Below are positions 49,149 to 61,880 of a stretch of DNA of 64,000 nt, in pieces. The stretch comes from Podarcis pityusensis. Its lineage: Eukaryota. The notes under the pieces were generated by a model. It was given only the letters and a program-made list of their open reading frames with translations, was not told where the DNA came from and did no database searches. The position numbers and the translations under genes are program-made. The number at the start of each line of letters is the position of its first letter. The first letter of the stretch is position 1. The stretch lies in assembly GCA_964106645.2 (NCBI GenBank), contig OZ067038.1, one strand, 5' to 3'.

Positions 49149-52100
49149 ATGGTGCCTCTCGTCTCCCTAGGGCTGGGCAAAGCGGATGGACCCGGCACCA
49201 AAAAAATCTGCTTTTTTGCGCGCGCGCGGGGGGGGTATAGTTAGCTTAATCCATGACATAAAGAGTCCAAAGTTGTAAGCGGACCAAGCCAAAGGGGGCG
49301 GGCGCGCAAGTCCCATTGAAGCGCACAGAAGGCCACTTGGAACAATGCCCTAGTTGCCCATTGGATTGGTTTGCTGGCACATCGGATGCCCACGACAAAA
49401 CCATAGGGCTGGGATCCCTGGATCGAGCCTCTGCGCCTCCAGAGAGTTAAGTCACTGTTGGTCGTTACCTGTGTAATCGACTCCAAAAAGAACATAGGAA
49501 CAGTATGTAGATAATTAGCTTAATTGCTTCGAGGAACGTAATTGGCGTTATATTTTCCTGTAGCAGTGTGTGTGTATACCCCTTCTCCCTTGATAAATAT
49601 ATATTTAAAAAGAAGCCCTCAACTGCCTGTCTCGACATGTTCTTATGTTTTGAAGAATATGAGGAACAACAAACCCATTACAATAGTCACCCCATATGAT
49701 TAGGCATGTAATATTTTCTGTTTGCGCCTTTTACTCGCTCTCCTTTCTTGAACCCAACAAAAACAAACCTGTTCGTGCGCTTCTCTTTCGGATTTCGAAA
49801 TCTCAGTGTGTGAGGTGGAGAGGGTTTTTTTTTCAAGGGGGGGCATTAGCCCCCCATCCCCCCCAAGGGCTGAATTCTATTTATAAATGTTAGGGACGTG
49901 TACGTTCCTTTCCACACCCCCCCCCCAAAAAAAGGAACGGAGCGGCAATTTCCCAGCGAATAGGATTAGAAAATATATATTTTTTAAAAAGCTACAAAGT
50001 ATAATTCAAATCAAATTACAGAAAATTGCTTGAAAATCCAGAGCAGGAGCGATCCATTATGTCTGTTTTATTAGTGACAAGTACAATTACTCTAAACTAA
50101 GGAACACTGGTGAATATATAATTGGCCGTAATCATGTTAGTGTTTGAATAAAAATGACGGGAACATTTAACACTTTGACAACAAAATGTTCAGGATGAAG
50201 AAGGGGGTAAAAACCTTATTTATTCAAACAGTTTTTATTTGTAACCACGTGAGGGGGAAACATACTTTTGCTGGGGAGCGATCGATGACTTTCACCCACC
50301 CTTCCGCCCTTTCTGTAACAACTAAATCTCTGTCTCTCCCTCTCTCTGTCTCCCTCTCTCTCTGGTGTGTATTGGAAGGGAAATGATTTGACTACACCTC
50401 TGCGCCTTTCGTCTAGTCACTACCTAAAGGACGCCACCTACAGGGAAAGGTCCCTATCCTTTCCCCCTTACAGCCAATCACCGAGAAGGACCCCACATCC
50501 ATGTTAATATTCCTCCTTAAATTGGGCTCCTAAATAACAATGATCACAATATTTGCTTTGGAGTTGCCTTGGTTTGTTAACACTTGACGTGATCTACAGA
50601 TCTGATTGTACGAAGCCCCTCCCATTTCTGTGGCATGGATCTGCGAAGTTTAATAACAACAGCGACAGCAACAACACTTGCTTGGGTGGAAGGGGGAGAG
50701 AAAGATATTCTGGTCTTATTCAGGAGTTCTAACGACTCGTAGGACTGCTGGCTGGGAAGGGAGGTTAAACCCTGAGTGTCGATGCTTTAAATCACGCCAT
50801 CACACTCTTTTACGCGCATACAGGCACTTGACGTTCTTACCCATTTTTAAAAGGCGACCGAATACAGTACAGATTTCATAGAGGAGTTAGCAAAGCCCTG
50901 TTACCCCTAGCAGACAGGTGCACATGCACGTAAGCCGCATCCACGCTACCGCTTTGATGGGCACGATTCCGCTCAAGGAGCTCTGGGAATTATAGTTCGG
51001 TTGGTGAACTTGGGGAAGATTCTTAGGCAGGTCTGTCTTTTCTAGAGTCTTTGTAAAAACTACAATTCCCATAGTTCATTGTGTGAGACGTTTGACCGTA
51101 AAACGGCAACTCGGTTTAATTTCCCGGGATTCGGAAACATAAGAACACAGAACTAAAACAGTATAGGAGCAGAATGTAACAAAAACAAACGCAGCTTGAA
51201 AATTATTTTATTTCGCTTGGGGTCAGGTTGTACCAATGAGGCTCCTTCAGTTCTATTTGCAATCTGGAAAGAAAAAGCACTAGGTAGTGTTTTAGCCACA
51301 TTTTGCAAGATTTGGAAGTTGGTCTGAACTGAGGTTTTCTCAGCGAAAAGAAGAGGAGGGTTGGAACTCTGAAGGGTTTCCAAATAGTATTATTATTATT
51401 ATTGTTGTTATTTTTATTAAACGGTTTTATAGGTAAAGTTCCTTCATGGGCTCTTTCAGCGTGATTCCCTCGAAGTTAACGAAATTCTGGGATGCAAACG
51501 TTTCTGGTGTTTTTAAAACACAAATTCCTATTTCTCTTCTGGGAAAAAAAAAGATCTTTGACGTTTCCAAATAAAACACCTTAGGTTGGCCTAGCCCTAG
51601 AGGTTTCACTTCTTTTCATATCGGTTGAGATCCTGGGCTTATTGAAGTCACACGCGCAAAAGTCCCATCGATTTGCATGTCCTCTGATGGTGCTAAGTTT
51701 CATTCGCGTGCGGGTGAATTTTTTTTTTTTTGGGGGGGGGGAGGGACAAAGTGGATTAACCTGTACAAAGAGGAACTGGGGCGGAGGAAGGTAGAACATT
51801 TCTGTGCAAATCTGAAAGCGATCCCCAAAGTTTTAGACACTTTGTCCAAGACCTGTTTTAAAAGCCTCCCATGTCATCACAGTTCGCCTTTATCTGAAAA
51901 CTTCGAGAGTTGAGTGTTCCAAATCGACCGAAATCAGGAAAAAGACCACGCGGTTGTTGCATTAAACTAACACATCTTCCTTTTATGTCTCTTCGAATCC
52001 TTGCATCCTTGTTAACAAGCATCCCCCCCCCCCCAAACAACAACGACAACCTGCCTTTTTGTGTGCGTGTGCGTACTAGATGGATCTGATCAGCCAAGCC

Positions 52101-53158
52101 CTTGGCTCTCGTTTTTAACGACCAAGTCTATAATTTCTTGCCGGCATTTTATTAAACCGCAGATGTTAGCCCTTTTCTACGTGTTCGGGCTGCTAATGCC
52201 CGAGCACTTAACACCACAACAAAAAAATGTTCCTCGTCACTGGAGCCTTTCCCAGGACCGGCTCGCGGCTGTTTGCCTTTGGTCCCAAGGCACGCTAAAC
52301 AACGTGGGGAGGTAAGGAGGGGCGGGGGAGCCAGAGCGGGCGTCGGTGGTGGTGGGAGGACACTTTGGGAGGGCGGGGGAGGGAGCCCTGGCTCTCCGAA
52401 CTCCCCTCCTGCCCACGTGATTTCCCAGGCGCCCCCTCCCCACAACCCTCATTTCCTAGGACTAGAGGGAGCCCGAGTCCCCTACCCGCTGTCCCCACCC
52501 ACCCACAAGCATCGGAAATTTGGGCAAAGAATCGAGCTTGCTGAGCTCTCGGTCTCCAGCTTCACTCCCCACGGTCCCAATTATTTAATCACATAGGGGA
52601 GAATTGCAGAAGGTCTTGCCTGTTTTGTTTCAATAGCTTTGGAGTCTTCGCCTTCTTCTTACGTTCACAGTAGCGCGCGTTTCTTTGGAAAGGACCTGGA
52701 TGCACGGATCGTTCTTTTCTGCCTACCAGGGGAGCGAATATTTCAAGAGACCACGAATGGTGGTTGGTGGTTTTTTTGTTTTTGTTTTAAATTTACTCAT
52801 TTGTGGCTGCAATCCTGTACCCACTAATCTGGCGGTAAGCGCCATTGAGGCTCGTGCCGGGCGTGTATTGGACGTGTATTAAGAGAGCGAAGCTGGAGAT
52901 CAGATCCCGGATACCAACCAGAACCAAAGCTTCCATAGAAGCAGAGAGGAAACTATTCTAATTCTTTCAAAACACGCCAAAAGCATCCCTCCACACACAC
53001 CTGAAATAAAAAAGTTTCTTTTCAGGAAATGATAATGCGATCTGTTACAAATCAAATGTTTATGCTCTGCAAAGCTTGGGAAAAACTCCCCCCCCCCCCG
53101 CACCACACACACAAGTGCTCGGCTAGCGCAGGTGAAGCACGGCTCATTTGAACTGCAC

Positions 53159-53176
53159 CAGCGACATCTAGTGGCC
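53159..53176 (-). promoter_or_regulatory. CTCF-like motif
   Basis: Minus strand GGCCACTAGATGTCGCTG vs core CCASYAGRKGGCRS (1 mismatch). Confidence 0.55.
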
Positions 53177-53469
53177 GAAAAGCTTTCCGTCAGCTTGACG
53201 CTCTTCGGTATAACGAAGCCAAGAAAAACTGAGCAAGGGCTTCGATCCTATGCACGCTTACTTGAGAGTAGCCCCATTAGACTTAGTGTGACTTTCTTCT
53301 GAGTAGAGCCTGGAGAGTTGCTCCCTCAGCATCTCTCTCTCTCGCTCTCTTTCTCAGTCCAAAATGATTTCATAAAACAGGCCCAAAGGTTTGGGAAAAG
53401 ACACTGAGGCTATTCTAAATTATTGCCTAATAGGGTTTTCTTGGATGTGTGTGTGTTTCTGTTGATGAG

Positions 53470-53635
53470 AAGACATCACACATCTGAAGGCAGCTCTGTA
53501 TAGGGAAGGCTTTTTGTTTTTTTAATGTTTAATGTTCTTTTATGTTTTTATATTTGCTGGAAGCCGCTCAGAGTGGCTGGGGCAACCCAGCCAGATGGAC
53601 GGGGTACAATTATTATTATTATTATTATTATTATT
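53470..53635 (+). mobile_element. L2-like LINE 3' end with (ATT)n tail
   Basis: CATCTGAAGGCAG...GGAAGCCGCTCAGAGTGGCTGGGGCAACCCAGCCAGATGG...(ATT)n; reverse copy at 30381-30456. Confidence 0.65.
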
Positions 53636-54821
53636 GCCATTTTTAAAAAGAGGGAGGGTTATTTTTGCCCCTCACACAGCTCTCTAAAGGGGGCACAGCC
53701 GCCCCCGTCCCAAGCTCAACACACAGGACCAACCAGAAGTTTCAAGGCAATTTTCAGGAGGAGGTGCGAGGACGCAGCTGTCTGCAAACTTTGTCTTTGG
53801 GTTCCTCCGCGCTGCAACGGCGGCCTATCACTTTGCCGGACATTTTTCTTTCTGGCTTGTCCGAAGTGGCGGCTTATCGATTGGGTGGGCTGAGAGGCGA
53901 GTGGGCCTCTGCTTTTCCATCGCCGAGCTCCTTGTTTCGATGTCGTTTCCTAGATGGTTAGAAAATTGGCAGGGGGCTTCTGGCCCTGGAGACCTCGCGG
54001 CTCCCGGCTCTGGCTCTCCCGCCCCCCTCCCTCCTTTTCCAGAAAGAAAAGAGGACCGTCCAAGTTTTCTCCCTCGCAAGAGCAGAAAGGAAAGCTTCTC
54101 ACTGTCCCAATGTCACTTGCTCTAGAGTAGCGCCACTGGCTCGACTAGGGACGGGAGAGACTGTGAACTGCAACCTGAATGGGATGTCAAGTCAAGATCA
54201 ACCCACCAACCGCGTGGGATCATCCCAGACGCACCACCTGAGATTCATCGAGGACAAAGTTCATATCCATTGAAGGCAATGCCCGCCCCCCGCCCGTTCG
54301 GATATTAGGTGCACATATTAGGGAAATCCGGCATGTTTTCCCACAGGCTGCCCTCCAACACCCCGAGGTGGGCTCATTCACACATGCATATTCATCATGG
54401 GAGCAAGGACCCCGTCTCGAACTGCGTGTGTGGCCCAGGAACCTGCCACAAATCTCACTCCCGCAGAAAGGAACCTTTCTGTCACCTCAGAGACCCGAGG
54501 TTTTTCCCAAGTCATCAGGAACTGGCGCATTTTCATGCCAACCCGCGTCGTCCTTTGATCACATTCGGCACGTGAAGACTGGCGGCTGAACGTGTGAATG
54601 GGCTTTCTTTGAAAAGGATTGCCTTTGTGGTGATGGCTGTGCGTGCGTGCCTGCGTCGGAAGGAAGGCATGAAAATCTGAACGCAGATGATGGGCAAGCA
54701 CTAGTTCCCTTGATGCTGTTGACCCCAAGGTTCTCTATGTGGAATTATGCTCACAATTAAGGAGAACTCGCCTGCAAGGAGCTTTGTCCAGGCTGAGGCC
54801 GAGGGGAAATATTTACCGGTA

Positions 54822-55229
54822 CTTATTTATTCCATTTATCGCCCATCTTTTCTCCAAGGCGCGCAAGGTGGGTTATATAGCTCTCCTCTCCCCCCGTGAA
54901 ACGCACTCCCACCAGATGTCAAGGAGATAAACAACCACACAACTTTTAGAAGACATCTGAAGGCAGTCCTGTATCGGGAAGTTTTTCTTTAATGTTTGAA
55001 GTTTTATTATTTTTTTATATGTGTCGGAAATCGCCGACACAAGCCAGCCAGATGGGTGGGGTATAAATAATAAAATTATATTATTATATCCTCACAACAA
55101 ACCTGTGAGATAGGTTAGGCTGAGAGTAAGTGGCGGGCCCAAGGTCACCCAATGACTTTAATGGCTGAGATGGGATTTGAACTCCAGTTCCTCAGGTGCC
55201 CAACACTCTAACCTCTAGACCACACTGCA
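54822..55229 (-). mobile_element. Squam3-like SINE (reverse) interrupted by an L2-like 3' fragment (~54940-55087)
   Basis: CCTCACAACAAACCTGTGAG...CCCAAGGTCACCCA...GGGATTTGAAC is the reverse complement of the SINE; the insert matches 53470-53635. Confidence 0.7.
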
Positions 55230-55255
55230 TACTCGCTCGCATATTCTTCTTAACT

Positions 55256-55374
55256 CAGGGGTAGACAAGGTGATGTTCTCCAGACGTTGGACCATCCACA
55301 GTTCCCATCAGCCCCAAGAAGCATGGCTGATGGCAGTGATAGTGGTACTTGAGGGCACCGTATTGGCACCCCTG
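55256..55374. mobile_element. hAT-type hairpin MITE family C (related copies ~2230-2357, 14249-14373, 15158-15298, ~41465-41598)
   Basis: TIR CAGGGGT...ACCCCTG; TSD TCTTAACT/CCTTAACA; shared core CTCCCATCAGCCCC...GATGGGAGTTGTAGT. Confidence 0.65.
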
Positions 55375-55400
55375 CCTTAACATAACCACCTGAAGAGGGC

Positions 55401-55401
<1 letters not shown>

Positions 55402-55470
<69 letters not shown>
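55402..55470. repeat. Compound (CT)n(GT)n(GA)n microsatellite
   Basis: Read directly. Confidence 0.95.
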
Positions 55471-55471
<1 letters not shown>

Positions 55472-55627
55472 TCCTGGCCCCAAAGCTGAGCAATCAAGGG
55501 GTGCGGTTACTTTAGGGCAAAATCCAGGGCAATATTGCTTAGCCTCCCAGAGAAATGTAAACCAAGCCTATCTTCTAAAGATGTTCAATTTCCCCCACAG
55601 AACTAGGTTTCCTGTCCTCTGTCGCAT

Positions 55628-55646
55628 CAGCGCCCCCTAAAGGGCC
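55628..55646 (-). promoter_or_regulatory. CTCF-like motif
   Basis: Minus strand GGCCCTTTAGGGGGCGCTG (perfect AGGGGGCGC part, 2 mismatches 5'). Confidence 0.4.
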
Positions 55647-55851
55647 CCCTCCCCACTAAAAAGTTATAGGGACAAAGGACTGCCGCGTAACCAAACGGAA
55701 CTTCATTGGTCCGGAGGGTCGACAAAGCCCGGACTTGAGCTTCGTGGTGAGAATAACAGCGACGCTCTTGGAATTCTCCTCTGGCCCTGGGTGGTTAACC
55801 CGATGGGGTGGAATGCGACTTTTAGTTTAGCTATAGTTTATTTTCTTCATA

Positions 55852-56077
55852 CAGTGGTACCTCAGGTTACATACGCTTCAGGTTACAGACTCTGCTAACC
55901 CAGAAATAGTGCTTCAGGTTAAGTACTTTGCTTCAGGATGAGAAGAGAAATCGTCCTCTGGCGGCGCGGCAGCAGCAGGAGGCCCCATTAGCTAAAGTGG
56001 TGCTTCAGGTTAAGAACAGTTTCAGGTTAAGTACGGACCTCCGGAACGAATTAAGTACTTAACTTGAGGTACCACTG
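55852..56077 (-). mobile_element. Tc1/mariner MITE, same family as 8295-8519, opposite orientation
   Basis: TIRs CAGTGGTACCTC...GAGGTACCACTG; TA on both sides; internal sequence is the reverse complement of the 8.3-kb copy. Confidence 0.9.
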
Positions 56078-56320
56078 TATTTAGGCGTTTGACTTGCCCC
56101 GATTTCCCCCGTAGCGAAATACAACGTAAACTGATAATATACCAATTGCAATAATTGAACAGCAGCAGAAGACGATGATGTAATACACATCTGTTGGGGT
56201 CCAGGACTAACACGCTAAACATTGGTTTGTAAAGCGCTGTATGGAAGGCCCGGCAGGAACTTCCGGAGACCAAAGCCAGCACAGAGGATCGGAGCACGAA
56301 GGTCAGATTGGCGGTGATGG

Positions 56321-56452
56321 CATGGGCGCAGCCAAGGCGGGGAGGGGCAACTGCACCCCATCAATAAAAATCAATAAAAATATGTAGCAAACTGAGGTTC
56401 TGCCCCCCTAACAAAAGGCCTGCCCCCCAAAAAAATCCTGGCTACGCCCATG
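56321..56452. mobile_element. hAT-type MITE family A
   Basis: TIR CATGGGCGCAGCCA...TGGCTACGCCCATG; 8-bp TSD GGTGATGG/GGTGGTGG. Confidence 0.8.
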
Positions 56453-58479
56453 GGTGGTGGTAGTACAAGTATTTGGCGAGACGCCTTCCTCTCAGTTTAC
56501 TCTGATTGCTTCTTATCTGCAAGGAGCAAGAGACAGTTTTTCTAATTCAAATTAGAATAAGAGGGCAAAGGAAGGAAAATGATAGGTAAGGTTAAGGTAC
56601 GCGGCTGCAACGTTTGGTCGATTTAGTTTAGTCCAGATTAATCGAAAGCTACTTTTGAAAATCTCAGGTACTTATAAAAATGTGTAATTGGTAAGAGCAC
56701 CTTCTATCTTAAACAGGGGGCATGTCTCTCCTAAGCCAATACCCGCTGCTCCACAAATCCACACCATCTAAAAACGAATAACATGTTTGTCTTTAGAACG
56801 ATTGTTCGTTCCCTTATATCCGATTTAAATTGATTAACGAACTCATCGTTCGATTCAAAGTCGCAGGATAATTCCAATAAAATTTCCTTGGTCAGGCGCC
56901 AGTCCAACGAACGAGGAACCAGAGCAAAGGCAGCGAGTTAACTCTACTTCAGAGGCAATGCTAGGCGTGCCTAATCACAAGTGGCTTCAGTAAGACTTCA
57001 TCCCAGTTAAATGTGGGTTGGATGGCAGCCTAAGGCTTTATTTACAATTGTGGCTGCCAAACCAGGTTCAATAATTGAGGTAATGGAAGAAAAAGGCCAC
57101 CCTGGCAAGAGACATTTCCAAATCGAGGCACACAAAAGAGAGTAAGAGCCTATGGCGGGGGGCTGAAGGGGGTTATTTCTTTCATCTTAATAAATAAATA
57201 AATCGATAGTTGATATGCCGCCTTTCCTCCAGTCGAGTCGCAAGGCGGCTTACAACTGACTCCTTAAAAAAGCATGGAGAACAATAGCAAGCTAATTGAG
57301 AATCACAGGTAGAAACCAAGTAACAAGAAATAAAGCAGCAAAGTAAACCGCATAGGGCAAAACAAGGGGGAAAACCCAATAACTCTTCTGCAACAACTAT
57401 CTCCCGTTTTGTTTTGTTTTTTGGTAAAGTTTTCAGCGAAAGTTTCAAGGCTGTGAAATGTGGGTGCACAGAGTTGTGGCGAGAATTAAATGATATGAGG
57501 AGGAGCGCGAAACCCCTTGTAGATCTAAAACTGTCAGAAGGATGGCTAACCATCATTTCCCTGAGACCAAAAGACCTAAAGACGTGGTCTTTTGTCTTTT
57601 CTAAAATGAAAGCTGATGTGTTTGTCTCTCCAGCCCCCGGAGTCGAAATGTACCTCCAAAGGAGAACACCTCCTATCTTCAGTCCTGATCACCCACTCAC
57701 TTCATCGGAACACGGTGGAAATGAAGCTACTGTGGTGAATCAGCCTAGGCGCGTCCATTTTCAACAACTTTCGTATGTGTCTCGTGTGTGCCTTGCTAGT
57801 GCTGGAATGCATTGGCTGGAAAAGTAACAGGCTAGGATCAGTAGTCCGAGGCTTAATTTTAATTTTGAAACGGAAGAGGCTAGAGCGTGCCTAAATGTAG
57901 TGCATTTGGGGAAGGGCTCAGTGGAAGAAAGGCGTTTTGCATTGTATCACGAAGGCAGAAGTTTGCAGAAGAGCCCAGGTTCCCCCCCGCCTCCCGGGAA
58001 AACCAGTGAGGAAATTCCATCCCATTCCTGTGCACATCCCAGTTCTCATCCGTGGAGCGGGGTTGGCTTCTGGTGGAGCCTAGAAACAGAACAACTTGTT
58101 CTCTTTTCGTTCCAAGATGCATTTAGAAAGTCTCGGAGCTCAGCCAATGCTCACATTCTCCTTTTAGTTAAGGCGGTGAGTTTACATTTGGCTAGCTCAA
58201 AGCAGCTGCACGGTTAGGCCGGTCAACTTAAACACTTCCTAGAGAAAGACACTCCCACCCGCTTCGTTGGTCTCGCTTTAATGCAAAGCAAAATACAGCT
58301 CTCCCAGGCTGACGGACCGATCTACCAACTTTGCTTTGTGGGGAGGGGGAGTAAATTGCTGGGCGGAGGCTCTCTCATGAGCCCAGTTCCCAACATGTGC
58401 TCTAAAACAGAAGGGCCTATGGAAGTGTTGCCTTTCTGCCCTCGAAAGTTGGGCTTCACCCCAAAATGGAGACGCGGAC

Positions 58480-59320
58480 TCTCCCCAAACCCAAGATGAA
58501 AATTCAGGGTGCGCGCGGGCGTCCCAACATCACTGACAGTGTAAACGCTTGTTCTGTAAGGGCAACCCGTTGACTCTGACAGTGTAAACGCCTCGGTCAG
58601 GATCCCCCACTCCGAATCCGGCTCCTGTTTGTTTGTGCCTTGCAGCAAACACAGCCACCACTTCCCCCTCCCCAATATTGCCTCCCCCCTCTCTGGAGGG
58701 AACCCTTAATTAAAGGGGTGGCGTATCTTCTCCCGCTCCCCTTTCCCTCCCGTCGCTCGTCGGTGTGTGTAGTCGGGGGGCGGCAGGAGAGCGAGCTGTA
58801 GAGAGAGAGAGAGAGAAGTTGGCGAGCTGCGACGGGCGCGTCGACGGCAAACCAGAGCCGAGCGCGGAGCCCGAGAGCGAGAGCAGCGCCTCCTCCTCCT
58901 CCTCCCGCTTCCCGGCTGGGCAATTGACAGAGCTCATTATCATGCTGCGCTCACTCGTTGCCTGTCTAGGGCCGGAGGGAGGGAGAGCGAAACGCGCGCG
59001 CACACAAAAGCTGGTGTGTGTGTGGAGAGAAGGCAGCGAGCCCCAGACAAAGCCCGTGCAGCTGTATTTGAGCTGGGCCAGCGCTGGCAGACGTGCTGCC
59101 GTCTCGCAGGAGGCTCCTGATGGACGCTTGCCTAACGAGGCTTCGCTAAAACGCCGGTGCGACGGGTGGGACAAGAGACGCAGAGCAAAAACATTCCCTC
59201 ATATCCGAAGCCCAGAAGAGATGCGCCGCGGCAGAGCGAAGGAAGGGTTGGCTGGTGGCCCGGCAGCGCCGTCCAAGTGTCCCTCTAGAAGGGCGGAGGG
59301 GATCCGCTGATCTTGGGGGT
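58480..59320. other. Distal CpG island (orphan promoter/enhancer-like)
   Basis: Dense CpG/GC with GA-rich tracts and no credible ORF; ~21 kb upstream of FOXG1. Confidence 0.6.
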
Positions 59321-59378
59321 CTCATTTCCAGGATCCACCGCCTATTTCATCTTTTGCAAGCAGAGGTGGTGGTAGGAC

Positions 59379-59569
59379 ATATAGGAGCCAAGTCCTAGGT
59401 TCCGAGGAGTCTTCGCTTCCCCAATAAAATATTTGAAGGGGTGTCCCCCAAGTTGATGGGCATTGCCATTCAAATGGTGTGTGTGTGCACCTCCTCATGC
59501 GGTCAATTATGCGGGGCGGGGCTTACCTGGCCCGTGCCTCCCCATCTTTTATTCAAGTTGGCACCCCTG
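59379..59569 (+). mobile_element. hAT-type MITE family B
   Basis: ATAGGAGCCAAG...GGGCATTGCCATTCAAATGG...GTTGGCACCCCTG; TSD-like GGTAGGAC/GGTGGGAT. Confidence 0.75.
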
Positions 59570-59654
59570 GGTGGGATGTTCCTTGGTTCAGTCGCACGAG
59601 CGACTTGCTAGGGAACTTCCTCAGAATCAGAGAGGAAATTCAGGGAGTGGCACA

Positions 59655-59876
59655 GGCCAGGCTATGGTGGCTACTACTAGCCACGGTGGCCAGGCTTTGC
59701 CTCCACAGCTGGTGGCAGCGACGCTTCTGAATCCCAGTTGCTGGAAGCCGCGAGAGGGCGAGAGGTCCAGAATCCTGCTTGCGGGTTTCCTACAGGCAGC
59801 TGATTGGCCATGGTGAGGACACAGGGTGCTGGCTGGGCCGCTTGCCTGATCCAGCGGCCTCTTTTGACGTTCTTAT
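59655..59876 (+). mobile_element. CR1-type 3' fragment (CpG-rich copy)
   Basis: GGCTACTACTAGCCACGG...CCTGCTTGCGGGTTTCC...CCTGATCCAGC...GTTCTTATG aligns to 447-715. Confidence 0.7.
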
Positions 59877-61250
59877 GAGAAGTTCGAGACCCGCACATGC
59901 AGGAAGCCTTTGATTCTCAAGTGGTGCCGTCGGGGGAGGGCTTTCGGCCAGGCCCGATTCACGTGGCAGAATGAGCAGGAGAGTCCCCAAACCACACTTG
60001 GAAGTCAGTGAAGTAATACACATTACCATGTAAAGAGCGGCCCCCTCCCCTCCACTTTAAGACCATTAAGTCTGGAGTCTAACATTACCAAACTGTGATG
60101 ACTGCACACAATCGCGCGCGTAGGGCAGCTCCCTCTCGCCGCTCTCATAGACACACCAGCCATTATCCCCGAGGGATGGCTGCCAAACGCAGAGACTGTC
60201 ATCAGCTGGTATGCCAAGCATCTTTCAGCAGCCCACCTTTTGTGTGTGTTTGGCAAACTTCAGAATATTTCCCAAGCCCTGGAGGCTTGAGAGGGGTCCG
60301 GTTTGCCCCTTCTCCGCCTTTCCCCTCCCCCTTCATGGCGTGAAAGTGGACAGCAGTCAGTTCTGTTTATGCCGACGGAACAAGCAAAGCCCTGGGCTGG
60401 GTTTCACCGAAGACCGGCCTTTGTCCCAGCAGCGCGCAATTTCCCTTGGATGCGAGAAGCGCCGGGAGGAGTGTATCAGAACCGTCCAGTTTCTAATCAG
60501 GAATCAGATGGGAGGCCAAAGCTTGTTCAATGGGGATTAGATCACAGTGTTTTTTTTCTGTTAAAAAAGAGAGAGAAAGAGAGAAAAAGAAAAAGAGAGA
60601 AAGCGCATTATGCTGATTGGAGCAATCCAAAGAGCCCAATTGCTTAGAGGTCTGCTGAATAAGGGTTTCGCCGACAGGAAGTCTGCCCCATGGACTCATA
60701 AAACAAATACAGCACACTTAATCCCGTCGCCCAATTCCACCATTTAAAATAACCAGGGTCGTGTGTGGGTAGACACCCGCAGGACCTTCACTAGCCGGAG
60801 CCCGCCTGTGTTAAAGACGAGGGTTCAAGGGAGTTTACTCCCAAGTAAGCGAGCACTAGGACGCAGCCTTAGCTTTCCGATTTCTCTTTCCAACTGCTCT
60901 GAGCAGTTTATGTGCCCTGATCCATAGGTGTGCCTTCAGAAACCCGATCCTGATCTTCAGAAGAGCTGGTCAGACCATGCTAGGTAGCGCATTGAGAGCT
61001 GCCGACCAAGCGCACATTCCGACGTGCATAGGAATGGGAGGACAAGCAATAGCTCTGATATTAGAAGCGACACGTGTGCGTTGCCGCGGAAGTAAGGGAG
61101 GCGCACCAGGGGCGTAATAAGATATATGGACACAGAAATGGCGGTTGCAATTGTGTGACTCGCCCCTAGGAATTGTTTGTAGATGCTCTGCCTCTTTCTA
61201 GACGCGTCTTCCATTCTTTCCGGCCTTCCGATTAAATTTCTGGATTTACT

Positions 61251-61400
61251 GGGGAAGGTCGGCAGCTTCGTGGTGGAGCACCAAGTGCCAGGTTCGACCC
61301 CCAGCATCCTGTCTGAAACCCTGGAGAGAAGACGCTGCAAGTCCGTGTAGACAATACTGAGATGGACGGAGCAAGAGGTCCTCCGAGTTGGTCGGATTTG
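61251..61400 (+). mobile_element. tRNA-derived SINE fragment (Squam2-like); related reverse fragments ~6235-6365 and ~42700-42840
   Basis: A-box-like CAGCTTCGTGGTGGAGCA, B box GGTTCGACCC, body GAAACCCTGGAGAG...GTGTAGACAATACTGAG. Confidence 0.55.
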
Positions 61401-61624
61401 CTTGGCCACGCACTAAGTAAGGCACAAGCATGTTTTTGCAAAAGCCCATTCCGCACTAAGAGAGAGGGGAAGGTTTAAGTCACAAGGAGACCATCCACGG
61501 GACGGTAATATTGTTTCTTCTCCCTTCATCACAAACCGGGTTGGGAATAATTTAATTCCCAGTCCGTGATATAGATTGCTAGAGGAACGCTAGAGGAACG
61601 CTACATATGTCCGTTTAAAATTCG

Positions 61625-61880
61625 ATAAATCAGTGGATAAAGGAAAGTACGTTTTCATGCAGCCCATAGTTATACTGTGGAACTCCCGTCCACAGGAGAC
61701 AGTGATGGCCCCCAACCAAGATGGCTTTAAAAGAAGATTAGTCAGATTCACCACCGGAGGGGAGAGAGTTCTTGTGCTCGGGTCCTGCTTGTGGATTTCC
61801 CAGAGGCATCTGGTTGGCCATTGTGGGAACAGGGCGCTGGAGAAGATGGGCCTGACCCAACAAGCTCTTCTTATGTTCTA
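61625..61880 (+). mobile_element. CR1-type 3' fragment with internal deletion
   Basis: TGTGGAACTCCC...GTGATGGCCCCCAACCAAGATGGCTTTAAAAGAAGATTAG...CTTCTTATGTTCTA. Confidence 0.75.
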
